Made by a program: the position numbers and the translations under genes
In this document: piece after piece, positions 28,976 to 38,952 of the stretch
How the letters are laid out: each line of letters begins with the position of its first letter
Numbering within the stretch: position 1 is the first letter of the stretch
The notes under the pieces: generated by a model
Told to the model about the DNA's origin: nothing
The model's database searches: none
What the model saw: the letters and a program-made list of their open reading frames with translations, nothing else
NCBI GenBank assembly: GCA_044229975.1
Contig: JBGARZ010000002.1
Location: 960,001-1,024,000, forward strand
DNA from: Polyangiales bacterium
GTDB taxonomy: Bacteria > Myxococcota_A > Polyangia > Polyangiales > Ga0077539
Direction: 5' to 3'
DNA: 64,000 bases

Positions 28976-29839
28976 ATGTCAGCTCGATGGTCTCTCGCTC
29001 TCTGTTCGTTCGCGCTCGTGGCCCTGCTGGGGTGTGGCAGCACGGTGATCGTTGCCCCAGCGGGTGACACCGACGCGGGCGCGACCCCGTCGGACACCGC
29101 GAGCCCCGTCGACGCGAGCGCTCCGCCCGTCGACCGCGTGACGCCCGTGGTGGACGTCGCTCCGATCGTCGACGTGCCCAGGGTCTGCATCCTCTCCAAC
29201 GGCGTGCGCTGCCCCGCCGGGCAGGCGTGCTCGGACGGCTGCAACACCTGCTTCTGCGCGGCCGACGGTCTCGTCACCTGCACCGGCCTGGCGTGCATCG
29301 ACGCGGGTCCGCCGGGCGGGTGTCGCTCGCGCGCCGATTGCGGGGCGGATCAGGAGTGCAACTTCCGCGAGCCCGGCTGCGGGATGACGGGCGTGTGCGC
29401 GGCGATCACCGACTGCGCGGCGATTCGCCCCTACTGCGGCTGCGACGGGAGCACCTTCCGCGACTGCCCCGGATCAGCGCACCAGCCGTACGTGAGCGAG
29501 GGCGAGTGCACGACCACCGTCGACGCGGGCATCGCCATGGACTCGGCGGTCTGCGCCGGCGCGAGCATCGGCCCGACGGGGGCCTACTGTGCAGGACCGA
29601 CCGACCGCGCGCTCCCGATGGAGTGCTGCACCGGGTGGGACTGCGACGACCGCACCGCGACGTGTGGCGGTCGCGCGGACCCGTGTCCGCCGGGGCAGGT
29701 TCATCTCATCGCGATGGGGTGCTGGGGGGCGTGTGTTCCGGCGGGGCGGTGCCGGGTGATTCGCTGCGACCGCGGCTTCTGCCCGCACGGCTTCACCTGC
29801 GACGACTCGGACTCCTGCGTGCCGATCAAGATCGATTGA
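28976..29839 (+). CDS. Cys-rich lipoprotein with pacifastin-like and Kazal-like motifs
   Basis: Lipobox LLGC, GAGGA RBS; CPAGQACSDGCNTCFCAADGLVTCTGLAC and PYCGCDGSTF. Confidence 0.75.
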   Translation: MSARWSLALCSFALVALLGCGSTVIVAPAGDTDAGATPSDTASPVDASAPPVDRVTPVVDVAPIVDVPRVCILSNGVRCPAGQACSDGCNTCFCAADGLVTCTGLACIDAGPPGGCRSRADCGADQECNFREPGCGMTGVCAAITDCAAIRPYCGCDGSTFRDCPGSAHQPYVSEGECTTTVDAGIAMDSAVCAGASIGPTGAYCAGPTDRALPMECCTGWDCDDRTATCGGRADPCPPGQVHLIAMGCWGACVPAGRCRVIRCDRGFCPHGFTCDDSDSCVPIKID

Positions 29840-29848
29840 CGACGAAAC

Positions 29849-30047
29849 ACCGCGCCGGGGCTCCATGGCGGCGTCTCGACCCGTCAAAGGACCGCGCCGG
29901 ACCTCCCGCGCAGCGTTTCGACCGCTCCAAGGACCGCGCCAGACCCTTGCGCAGTGTTTCGACACCTCAAGAGACCGCGCCGTTGCTCCGGCGCACTCCT
30001 TCGACATCTCAAGAGACCGCACCGTCGCTCCGGCGCACTCCTTCGAC
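29849..30047. repeat. Degenerate ~42-bp intergenic tandem repeat (about 5 units)
   Basis: Units start with ACCGCRCC at 29849, 29891, 29933, 29974 and 30016; each contains TCGAC. Confidence 0.85.
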
Positions 30048-30052
30048 GCGCG

Positions 30053-31375
30053 TCACCCCTCCCGCACCACCGCCGCAGCCTCTTCGGGCGCCTCCGTCCG
30101 AAACACACCCTCCCAGCGCGCGATGACCACGCTCGCCAGCGCGTTGCCCGTCACGTTGAGCGTCGTGCGCGCCATGTCCATCACCTCGTCCACCGCCAGC
30201 AGCATCGCGACGCCCGCCTCGCCCGGCAGCCCGTAGCTCGCGCACGTCCCCGCGATGATCACCAGCGTCGCGCGCGGCACCCCGGCGACGCCCTTCGACG
30301 ACAGCATGAACGTCAGCACCATGGTGATCTGCTGCGTGAGCGAGAGCTGCACGTGCGCCGCCTGCGCGATGGTGAGGCTCGCAAACACCAGGTACAGCGT
30401 CGACCCGTCGAGGTTGAACGAGTACCCCGTCGGGATGACGAAGCCCGCCACGCGGCGCGGCACGCCGAAGCGCACCATCTCCTCCAACAAGCGCGGCAGC
30501 GCGGCCTCCGACGACGCCGTGGAAAACGCCGTGAGCGCTGGCTCGCGGATGGCCTTCAAGAACTCCCCGACCTTCACCCGACACACGAGGAGGATCGGCA
30601 CGAAGACCAGGAAGAACATCACCGCGAGCGACAGGTAGAGGCTGCCCACGAGCCGCGCGTAGCGCCCGAGGAGATAGAAGACGGCGGGCCAGCCCTTCAC
30701 CATCACCCCGTTGACGAGGTGCCCCGCGGCCATGTGCGAGATGTTGTAGCCCATGGCGCCAAACACCCCGAGCGGCGTCAGCGCCATCACCATCTCGGTG
30801 TACTTGAACATCACCTTCGCGAAGCCTTCGAGGAACGCGAACACCGGCTTGCCCGCATCCCCCGCGCGCGCCAGCGCGAGGCCCAGCAGCGTGGCGAACA
30901 CCACCACCGGCAGGATGTCCCCCTCCGCTGCGTGCTGCACCACGTTGGACGGAAACATGTGCAGCGCGATCTCCCACCCATCGCGCGCGCGCCGGCTCGC
31001 GACGTCGGCGACGTGGGCGCTGGCGTCGAGCGGGAGGCCGTCGCCCGGTCGGATGGTGTTGGCGATGAAGAGCCCGATGCCGAGCGCGATGGTGGTGACG
31101 ACCTCGAAGTAGAGCAGGGCCTTTCCGCCCATGCGCCCGACGGCCTTGATGTCGCCGGTCTGCGCGATGCCCACCACGATGGTCGACAGGAGCAGCGGGA
31201 CGATGAGCCCCTTGATGAGCGAGATGAACGCCTTCGAGAAGAAGCGAAACAGGTTGTAGACGACCGGGTGCTGGTCTTGCGGGAAGAAGCCGCCGAGCAG
31301 CACGCCGAGCCCGAGGCCGACGAAGATCCAGAGGGTGCTCGACCGCCACCAGGGCTTCTTCACGCCGTCGCTCAT
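30053..31375 (-). CDS. Dicarboxylate/amino acid:cation symporter (GltP-like)
   Basis: FSTASSEAALP, GYSFNLDGSTLY, SKGVAGVPRA, DMARTTLNVTGN. Confidence 0.92.
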   Translation of the reverse strand: MSDGVKKPWWRSSTLWIFVGLGLGVLLGGFFPQDQHPVVYNLFRFFSKAFISLIKGLIVPLLLSTIVVGIAQTGDIKAVGRMGGKALLYFEVVTTIALGIGLFIANTIRPGDGLPLDASAHVADVASRRARDGWEIALHMFPSNVVQHAAEGDILPVVVFATLLGLALARAGDAGKPVFAFLEGFAKVMFKYTEMVMALTPLGVFGAMGYNISHMAAGHLVNGVMVKGWPAVFYLLGRYARLVGSLYLSLAVMFFLVFVPILLVCRVKVGEFLKAIREPALTAFSTASSEAALPRLLEEMVRFGVPRRVAGFVIPTGYSFNLDGSTLYLVFASLTIAQAAHVQLSLTQQITMVLTFMLSSKGVAGVPRATLVIIAGTCASYGLPGEAGVAMLLAVDEVMDMARTTLNVTGNALASVVIARWEGVFRTEAPEEAAAVVREG

Positions 31376-31394
31376 GGGCGCGCAGCGTAGGCGA

Positions 31395-32990
31395 TCACCT
31401 GGGACGCGGGATACCCCCGTCGCGCCCCGCGGGCCGCGCGCTCGCATCGACCGTCACGCCCGCATCGACCGGCGCCGTGGGCGTCTGCGTGTTGCGGAGC
31501 AGCGCCTCGACCTCGTCGTCGGAGACCGCGCCGTTGCCGTCTCCCGTCGCGGCGTCTTCTTCGATCGGAGCGGGAGGCGGCGCGGCGCAGTCGCGGTCGG
31601 GCGCGCCTTCGACGTCGGCCTGCCCGGTGACCATCGCGAGCATGGCGAGGGACGTGTTGAGCTCGTTGATCGCCTGGACGTGCTGGGCCTGCGCCGTGAG
31701 GTACGCGCGCAGCGGCGTGAGCAGCGACGACACCTCCAGCGCCCCCGACTGAAACTGCTGGAAGGCCTCGGTGAACCAGCCGTAGCCGAGGCGCTCCTGC
31801 TCACCGCGCGCGGCCTCGACGCGCTGCTTCTCTTGCGCGAGACCGTAGGCGTCGGTGACCTCCAGCGCGATGCCGCCGAGCGCGAGCCGCTCCTGCGCCT
31901 CGGTCATCAACAGTTCTTCGGTGAGACGACGGACGCGGAAGCGGTTGACGATGGGATCGAAGTTCCAGCGGAGGGCGAGGCCGCCGCCCCAGTAGCCGTA
32001 GTTGACGTTGCCCGCGGAGAAGGGGTTGGGCTGCTCGGCGATGGTCGGCGAGGTCGAGTACGCCGCGGTGAGGCCCAACGCGAGGTCGGGGAAGTACGCC
32101 CACCACTGGATGTCGACCGCCGCGCGCCGCGCCGCGATGCCCGCCTGTAGCATGTCCACCTCCGGGCGATGGAGCCGTGCCCGCGTGAGGTGGCGCACCA
32201 ACGAACCGAGCTCGACGCGATACGGGCACAACGGCGCGTCGGGCACGTCGATGCGGTCGCCCACGCCCGTCAACAGCCCGAGGGCGGCCCGCGCGCTGCG
32301 CTCGGCGCGCTCGGCCTGCGCCCGTTGAACCACCAGCTCCTGGGCGGACATCCCAAGCTGCGCGAGGTCGCCGCGGCTCACGATGCCGCCGTCCTGCGCG
32401 AGCGTCGCGTCGAGCTGCTCCTGCGCCGTTCGGATGTACCCCTCGGCGCGCTGCACCAGATAGAGGGCGTCACGCGCCGACTGCAACCCGAAGAACGCCT
32501 TCCGCACGTTGGCCCGCAGCTCCAACCGCGCGCGCGCCTCTTCGCCGCGCCCCGCGCGAACGCCCGCCCGCGCCGCGTCGCGAACGCGCCCGAGGCGCAC
32601 CCAGCTCCACGGCGAGATGGGGACGCCCGTGTCGGCCGAGATGCGCGCGATGTAGCCCGTCTCCACGGTCAGCGGGTTTTGCGCGAACACGTCGGGCGAG
32701 TACGTCGAGTTGCCGCGCGCCGTCGGAGCGAGCGACATGAAGCCCGACACGCTCACCGGGAAGAACGGCGCCGCCCAGGCCTCATCGAGCTGGGCGTCGG
32801 CCGCGAGCCGCTTGTGTCGCGCGGCGACGAGCCCGGGGTACGTGCGCTCCGCTCGCGCGAGACACTCCGCGAGGTCGAGGCGCACCGTCTCCGCGGGCGG
32901 GTCGGCCCGGCCCTCGCGCAGCGATGCGCTCACCCCGAGTGCGACGCCGATGACAGCGAGGAGCCAGCGCGCTCGACGTGGCCCCATCAC
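31395..32990 (-). CDS. TolC-family outer membrane efflux protein
   Basis: Signal peptide; two helical/beta repeats; RPE, YFPDLAL, GLALRWNF. Confidence 0.8.
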   Translation of the reverse strand: MMGPRRARWLLAVIGVALGVSASLREGRADPPAETVRLDLAECLARAERTYPGLVAARHKRLAADAQLDEAWAAPFFPVSVSGFMSLAPTARGNSTYSPDVFAQNPLTVETGYIARISADTGVPISPWSWVRLGRVRDAARAGVRAGRGEEARARLELRANVRKAFFGLQSARDALYLVQRAEGYIRTAQEQLDATLAQDGGIVSRGDLAQLGMSAQELVVQRAQAERAERSARAALGLLTGVGDRIDVPDAPLCPYRVELGSLVRHLTRARLHRPEVDMLQAGIAARRAAVDIQWWAYFPDLALGLTAAYSTSPTIAEQPNPFSAGNVNYGYWGGGLALRWNFDPIVNRFRVRRLTEELLMTEAQERLALGGIALEVTDAYGLAQEKQRVEAARGEQERLGYGWFTEAFQQFQSGALEVSSLLTPLRAYLTAQAQHVQAINELNTSLAMLAMVTGQADVEGAPDRDCAAPPPAPIEEDAATGDGNGAVSDDEVEALLRNTQTPTAPVDAGVTVDASARPAGRDGGIPRPR

Positions 32991-32996
32991 CGCCGC

Positions 32997-34763
32997 TCAG
33001 TCCGCTGCGGGCTCTGCCACCGGCTCGCTCGGCACGACCCGCCGCGGCGACACCGGAACCTCGTTGTACTTGATGTCCGCGAGCTGCTCGACGAGCCCGT
33101 CGAGCTTCTCCGAGCGCACGCTCACCAGCGTCACCCGATCGCGCACATGGATGCGCCCGACCTCGGCCTTCTCCAGGCCCCCGACGTCGCGCAGCAGCCG
33201 CGCCACCTCGCCCGCGCGCACGCCTTCGCGGCGGCCCACGGCGAGCTCCAGGCTGTCCATCCCGACCTCTTCGCCGGGCGTCTCGTCGGACACCCGCGGA
33301 TCGGCGTGGCGCACCTCGATCTTGCGCTCGGACGCGGCCTCTCGCGGCGCACGCTCCCGCGGCGCGCGCTCCCGCGGCGGTCGCCCGTTGGTCTTCGGCT
33401 CGCTCGGCGCAGCCTCGGCCGGAGCCGCCTTCGTCTCCTCGCGATCGGCGCGGGCGGGCGGCGCGGCCTCGTCCGGGGCGCCCAGCACGTAGCGCTCGAC
33501 CAGCCACGCGATGGCGCGCTCGGCGTCGTCGTGCGTGAGCAGGCGCTTGGCAAACACCAGGGCGTCGTCGGACACGCGGCCCTTGGAGGCAGTGATGAGC
33601 GACTCGACGCGGGCGGCCTCGATGCGCGTACGGTTCTCCGCGGCGCTCGGGAGCGTTCGCTCGATGGGGCGGATGCCGTAGGTGAGGCGCAGCAGGTAGA
33701 GGTTGCCGATGTCGTGCGGACCGATGAGCGAGATGGCGGTGCCGGTGCGGCCCGCGCGACCCGTGCGCCCGGAGCGGTGGACGTAGTTCTCGGGCGACTC
33801 GGGGAAGCCCACGTGGATGACGTGCGAGAGGTGCGGAACGTCGATGCCGCGCGCCGCCACGTCGGTCGCCACGAGGAAGTCGACGCGCCCGTCACGGAGG
33901 AGGCCCATCACGCGCTCGCGGTCGTTTTGCGCGAGGTCGCCGTTGAGGAACTCCGCGCGCAGCCCGGCCGACTGCAAGCCCCGCGCGACCATCTCGGTCT
34001 CCGCCTTGGTGTTGCAGAACACCAGCGCAGCGCGGGGCTTCTCGATCTCCAGCACCTTGAGGAGGTCGGGCACCGATCCCCCGGAGGCGGAGAAGTACGC
34101 GTGGTGCGAGATGCCGTCGGGCGCGACGTTGTCGGTGGAGAGCGCGATGGTCACGGGCTCGCGCTGGTGACGCGCGGCCATACGCGACATGGCGTCGGGC
34201 ATGGTGGCCGAGAAGATGAGCGCCTGGCGCCCTTTGGGGAGCAGCGAGAGGATGGCGTTGAGCTCTTCGGCGAAGCCCATGGAGAGCATCTCGTCGCCCT
34301 CGTCGAGCACGATGGCCCGGAGGTTGGAGACGTCGAGGGTCTTGCGGCGGAGGTGGTCGAGCGTTCGGCCCGGGGTGCCCACGACGACCTTGGCGCCCGC
34401 CTTGAGCTGGTCGATCTGCTGCTGCATCCCGGCGCCGCCATAGATGGGGGCGACGCCGACGTCGGAGTACTTGCCGAGGCGCTCGAACTCGCCGGCCACC
34501 TGGAGCGCGAGCTCGCGGGTGGGGCACAGCACCATCACCTGCACGCCCGGCGTGGGCTTGATGACCCGATCGATGAGCGGGAGCGCGAAGGCCGCCGTCT
34601 TGCCGCTGCCGGTGCGGCTCTGGACGATGACGTCCTTGCCCTCGGCGATGGTCTGGAAGGTGGCGGCCTGCACCGACGTGGGCCGGGGGTAGCCGACGTC
34701 GGCCACCGCGCGGCGCACGGGCTCGCTCAGCGCAAACGATTCGAAAGTCTGCTCGTCACTCAT
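32997..34763 (-). CDS. DEAD-box RNA helicase with C-terminal DbpA-like RNA-binding domain
   Basis: Q motif, SRTGSGKT, PTRELA, TPGR, DEGD, SAT, TDVAARGID, HRSGRTGRAG. Confidence 0.93.
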   Translation of the reverse strand: MSDEQTFESFALSEPVRRAVADVGYPRPTSVQAATFQTIAEGKDVIVQSRTGSGKTAAFALPLIDRVIKPTPGVQVMVLCPTRELALQVAGEFERLGKYSDVGVAPIYGGAGMQQQIDQLKAGAKVVVGTPGRTLDHLRRKTLDVSNLRAIVLDEGDEMLSMGFAEELNAILSLLPKGRQALIFSATMPDAMSRMAARHQREPVTIALSTDNVAPDGISHHAYFSASGGSVPDLLKVLEIEKPRAALVFCNTKAETEMVARGLQSAGLRAEFLNGDLAQNDRERVMGLLRDGRVDFLVATDVAARGIDVPHLSHVIHVGFPESPENYVHRSGRTGRAGRTGTAISLIGPHDIGNLYLLRLTYGIRPIERTLPSAAENRTRIEAARVESLITASKGRVSDDALVFAKRLLTHDDAERAIAWLVERYVLGAPDEAAPPARADREETKAAPAEAAPSEPKTNGRPPRERAPRERAPREAASERKIEVRHADPRVSDETPGEEVGMDSLELAVGRREGVRAGEVARLLRDVGGLEKAEVGRIHVRDRVTLVSVRSEKLDGLVEQLADIKYNEVPVSPRRVVPSEPVAEPAAD

Positions 34764-35206
34764 GGGGAATTTCCTGCACCGCCGAGCGCCTGCCCGGCCT
34801 CATCGCCAACGGCTTCACGCCACAACCGCACCTGATCTTCGGCGCGGTAGCGCCAGCGTTCCAGGTGCTCAAACGCCGCCCGTGGCGCGTCGCCTTCGCG
34901 CGCGCACAGACCTCTCAACCCGCGGAGATCATCATCGAGACCGCGCACCTCGGGCGTCGCCCTGCCCTCGCGCTGCCGCGCCCAGGCCGCCTCGTAGGCG
35001 CCGTGCAGGCGCTGGATGCCCTCGCGGCACGTGCGGTCGAGGGGATTGGTCGGCCGGTCGGCGTACACCTCGCGGTGCAGCACCCCCGCCCCGAACCAGA
35101 TCAACAACCCCGTGAGCACCGTCATCGTCACCGCCGTCGCGCGCCGCCCCATCGGGGAGCGCGGTATGGGAGGCTTCGTCGGGCTGTCGGGGGGGGCATC
35201 GGTCAC
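34760..35206 (-). CDS. Hypothetical single-TM protein
   Basis: One TM then a helical domain with two Cys; stop overlaps the helicase ATG; start uncertain. Confidence 0.6.
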   Translation of the reverse strand: MTDAPPDSPTKPPIPRSPMGRRATAVTMTVLTGLLIWFGAGVLHREVYADRPTNPLDRTCREGIQRLHGAYEAAWARQREGRATPEVRGLDDDLRGLRGLCAREGDAPRAAFEHLERWRYRAEDQVRLWREAVGDEAGQALGGAGNSP

Positions 35207-35361
35207 TGGGCACCGTCGGCACCGCAAAGGTGCCGCTCCAATGCGAGACCGCCGCGCCGCTTGCTCGAATTTCCGCGCGGTTTTACGTCGCCGCGTACGC
35301 AGGGGTCAAGGACCGCCGTCGCGCCTGGAGTTCGCGGGAGGGCTTGTCGGCAGCGGGACAC

Positions 35362-35524
35362 TGAAGGGCCGCAAGGGCGCGAGGGTCGCAAGGGGTGGTG
35401 GTTCAGCAGGCAGGGCTGGGGACGAGCGCGATGCTCGGGCGATAGGTGACCCTGACGACCGCTCGTCTCACCCACGCTCCCGAACAACACCCCCCTGCGA
35501 CCCTCGTGCCCTTGCGGCTCTTCA
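35362..35524. repeat. Long inverted repeat, REP/MITE-like element
   Basis: 43-bp arms 35362-35404 and 35482-35524 match at 37/43; inner GACGAGCG/CGCTCGTC stem. Confidence 0.8.
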
Positions 35525-38341
35525 ATCTCCCACCCCCGCCCCAGACCTCACCTCGCCCTCACCTCTCGCGGTCGCTCGCGGCGGAACGACCAGCATCGGA
35601 AGCCCTCGCTCCCCTCGTCGCACTGCCTCGATGCGCGCCCGCACCTCCGCGGCGTTGGGCGGCTCCAACGCGAGCGCCGACTCGTACGTCGTCACCGCCG
35701 CCTCGCGATCACCCAGCTCGTAGGCCGCCTGCCCAAGCGTGAGGTGCACCGCGAGGCTCTCCGGGTCGAGCGACACCGCGTGCTCACCCAGCGCACGAAC
35801 GTCCGCCCACGCGCGCGCCGTCGCCAGCGCCGTCAGGAGCTCTCCCAGCGACTCCCGATCGTGCTGATCGAGTCGCACCACCGTTCGCAGCGCCGCGAGG
35901 CGCTCGGCGTCGCGGTGCGCCCGCCCGTGCACGGCCGCGAGCAGCCGCCACGCGTCCACCTGCGTCGGGTCGCGCCGCGTCGCCTCGGTGAGCGCCGTGA
36001 GCGTCCGCGCCTCGTCGTGCGCTCTCGCCGCCGCCCGCGCCTCCAGCATCCGCACCTCGTAGCCGTCGTGGCCGTCCGCCCGGAGCGCGTCGAGCTCCAC
36101 CAGCGCCGCGCGACCGTCGCGTTGCCCCAGCGCCAGCGTCGCCCGCACCCACCGCGCGACCGCCTGCGACCCGTCGAGCCGCACCGCCGTCTCGGCCCGT
36201 TGCGCCGCGCCCGCGGCGTCGCCAGAGAGCATCAGCGCCATGGCCGCCGCCGACTGCGCGCTCGCGTCGCCGGGGTGTTCGTCTGCGGCACGCACGAGCG
36301 CCGCCCGATCGCGGTACCGCGAGGGGTCGACCGCGTACTCGTGGTCGTAGCGCGCGAGCCTCGTCCGCAGCATCGCGCGAAACGCCTCGTCCACGACGTC
36401 AGCGGAGACACCGAGCGCGCGCTGGATGACGGCGGGCGTGCGCTGACCTTCGCCCCAGAGCGGCAGCATCGCGGCGACGCGCTCGAAGCCGTAGCGCTCG
36501 ACCATGAACGCCACGAGCTGCGAGGCCGCGTAGTAGGCCGTGAGCATGTCGTCGGTGTGACCCGCGTGCGTGAACGCCGTGTTGAAGTCCGCGACGCGCG
36601 GCAACCGACCGCCCGCGATGGCGCGGTGTAGCGATGGGTCGTCTTCGCGCGCCCACTCCGGCCTCGCGTGAAAGGCCTCCCACTCGCTCAGCCCCTCGGT
36701 GAACCACCGCGGCACCCGTGACCGCGACCGTTGCACCGCGAAGACGTGGGCGAGCTCGTGCCACACGATCTGCGCCCAGTTGAAGGGCCCGCCCCGCGGG
36801 GAGAGCGCCGTCACCACGCGGCCGAAGCACACGCCCTGCACGCCGATCTCGGGCACGCCCGCGGTGCGGACGGAGAAGTGTTCGGTGTCGGCGTAGAGCT
36901 CGATGGAGATGGGCCCTTCAGGCGTGAACCCGTACCGACGAACCATGTCGTCCCACGCGCGCCGCAGGAGCTGCGGAACAAAGCGCCGCAAGATCGCCCG
37001 CTCCTCGCGGTGGTACCGGATGCGGAAGGGCCCATCGGTCTCGGTGACGTAATCGGCGGGGAGCGTTCGCTCGTAGAAGTTGAGGAGGTTGGCCACGCGC
37101 ACGTTGAAGCGGCTCTGCGCAAACGCCGCGCGCAGCTCGACGAGCGCGTCGTCCTCCCGCCCCATGCGCAATAGGTTGACCCCGAGGAAGGCCCGCATGC
37201 GCGCCCCCGCCCGACGATCGGCCGCGATGCCGGGGCGGGCGAGACCCTCGCGCATGAGCTCCGCGGCCTCGGCGTAGCGGTGCTCCCAGTCGGCGAAGTC
37301 GGCGAGCACCTCGTAGCCCTCGACCCACGTCGGCGACACCGCGAAGAGCGCGTCGAAGGCCCGTCGCAGACCCGCGGCATCGCCCGCGGAGAAGCGCGCC
37401 ACGCCCCGCATCGTGAGCACGTCGAGGTCGCGCGGGTTGATGGCTGCCGCCTCGTCGAGCCGTCGCTCGGCGCCCGCCACGTCGTCGTCGCGCAGCATCA
37501 GCGACGCCTGCATCGCCATCGCCCCCGTGAGCCGCGGGTGCACCGCGAGCGCGGCGGCGAGGTCGTCCCTCGCGCGGGCCATGTCGAGGTCGGACGAGAG
37601 ACGGGTGCGCGCCCGCAGCAGCAACGCGCGCGGGTGGCGCGGGTTGGCGCGCAGCACGGCCGCGAGCGCCTCACTGGCCGGGCCATAGTCCTCGGTGGTG
37701 AGCATGAGCTCGGCTTGTTCGAGGTTGGTCTCGACCCGCCCCGGCACCACGCGCAGCGCGTCGTTGAAGGCCCCGTTGGCGTCTCGCACCGCCCCGAGCG
37801 CCCGCGCCGCGACGCCGACCCACGTGAGGAAATCTGCGTCCCGTAGCCGCGCCGCCCCGCTGGGTGCACCGGCCGCGTCGTTGTACGCGTCGACGAGCCC
37901 GTTGGCCGCCTCCCTCGCCTCGTCGCGACGACCCAGCCGCATCAGCCACGTCGCGGCCCGTGCCCTCGCCCGCCACGCCTCGCCCCGCGGCGTCGCCTCG
38001 ATGGCCCGCTGCCACCGCGCGACCGCATCGTCGTAGCGCCCCGCCGCCGCGAGCACCTCTCCCTCCCAGGTGAGCCCCTCGCCTCGCGTCGTCGCGACCC
38101 GCTGCAACCGCGTCGCGAGCGCGGTGAGCGCCTCGTGCTGCCCTGTCTCCCAGAGCCACCGCGCGCGCACCCGATCGGCCTCGGCGCGCTCGTTGGGTCG
38201 CGCCACCCGAAGCGCAGATTCCACCGACGCGTAGTCGCCGCGATCGAGCGCCGCGCGCGCCCCGGTGAGGTCAGCGCGGGCGGCCGGTGCATAGAGCGCG
38301 AGGGCCAGCAGCGCCGCGCGCCACGCCCCGCGAACGATCAT
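35522..38341 (-). CDS. Secreted TPR protein with peptidase MA-like (gluzincin) domain
   Basis: Signal peptide ARA-D; TPR-like helices flank HELAH...PRWFTEGLSE. Confidence 0.82.
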   Translation of the reverse strand: MIVRGAWRAALLALALYAPAARADLTGARAALDRGDYASVESALRVARPNERAEADRVRARWLWETGQHEALTALATRLQRVATTRGEGLTWEGEVLAAAGRYDDAVARWQRAIEATPRGEAWRARARAATWLMRLGRRDEAREAANGLVDAYNDAAGAPSGAARLRDADFLTWVGVAARALGAVRDANGAFNDALRVVPGRVETNLEQAELMLTTEDYGPASEALAAVLRANPRHPRALLLRARTRLSSDLDMARARDDLAAALAVHPRLTGAMAMQASLMLRDDDVAGAERRLDEAAAINPRDLDVLTMRGVARFSAGDAAGLRRAFDALFAVSPTWVEGYEVLADFADWEHRYAEAAELMREGLARPGIAADRRAGARMRAFLGVNLLRMGREDDALVELRAAFAQSRFNVRVANLLNFYERTLPADYVTETDGPFRIRYHREERAILRRFVPQLLRRAWDDMVRRYGFTPEGPISIELYADTEHFSVRTAGVPEIGVQGVCFGRVVTALSPRGGPFNWAQIVWHELAHVFAVQRSRSRVPRWFTEGLSEWEAFHARPEWAREDDPSLHRAIAGGRLPRVADFNTAFTHAGHTDDMLTAYYAASQLVAFMVERYGFERVAAMLPLWGEGQRTPAVIQRALGVSADVVDEAFRAMLRTRLARYDHEYAVDPSRYRDRAALVRAADEHPGDASAQSAAAMALMLSGDAAGAAQRAETAVRLDGSQAVARWVRATLALGQRDGRAALVELDALRADGHDGYEVRMLEARAAARAHDEARTLTALTEATRRDPTQVDAWRLLAAVHGRAHRDAERLAALRTVVRLDQHDRESLGELLTALATARAWADVRALGEHAVSLDPESLAVHLTLGQAAYELGDREAAVTTYESALALEPPNAAEVRARIEAVRRGERGLPMLVVPPRATARGEGEVRSGAGVGD

Positions 38342-38922
38342 GCGCTCCCGCCCCGGCTGCTCGTGAAGGCCCCCGGATCGATGCCGGCGACCTGCTGGTA
38401 CGCGCGCTTCCAGAGTTCGTCAGGGTCGCCGTCGAAGACGAGGTCGGCGTCGATGTCGGCGGGCAGCCAGACGCCCTGCGCGATCTCGTCTTCGAGCTGC
38501 GACGGCGACCAGCCCGCGTACCCGAGCAGCAGCCGGAAGTCCCGGTCGCGCTCGCGCACCACCGAGGCCAGCGCGTCGAGGTCGCCCGTGACGCCCAGCA
38601 CGTCACCCGCGTCGATCTCTCCCGCGAAGGCGACCGCATTCCGGCGGTAGAGCAACCAGCCCGTGTGGGTCTGAACGGGCCCGCCCCGGCGAGCATCGCG
38701 CGCGAAGGGTCCGTCGTCGGGAAGGGACTCCCCGTCGCCGACGAGGTTGCTGCTCTGGAGGAGCTCACCCACGCGGCCGACGCTCTTGCCGTTGATGACC
38801 CACCCGAGAGCGCCCTTCTCGTCGTGGCGCGCGAGGAGGACGACGGTGTGATCGAAGTTGGGGTCGCCGAGCCGGGGCGCCGCCAGGAGCAGGCAGGGCG
38901 CGAGGGACCTTGGGTTGCTCAT
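38338..38922 (-). CDS. YqgE/AlgH family protein
   Basis: DPNFDHTVVLL, GALGWVIN, GGPV, GYAGWSPSQLEDEI..W. Confidence 0.92.
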   Translation of the reverse strand: MSNPRSLAPCLLLAAPRLGDPNFDHTVVLLARHDEKGALGWVINGKSVGRVGELLQSSNLVGDGESLPDDGPFARDARRGGPVQTHTGWLLYRRNAVAFAGEIDAGDVLGVTGDLDALASVVRERDRDFRLLLGYAGWSPSQLEDEIAQGVWLPADIDADLVFDGDPDELWKRAYQQVAGIDPGAFTSSRGGSA

Positions 38923-38952
38923 CGGGTAGCCCCGACGATAGCAGCCGAGACC

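Noticed and set aside
29849..30047. Possible CRISPR array
   Set aside because: Whole units are similar to each other, there are no unique spacers, and no cas genes are present.
34277..34310. DEGD instead of DEAD in the helicase as a sign of inactivation
   Set aside because: All other helicase motifs are intact and DExD variation is common.
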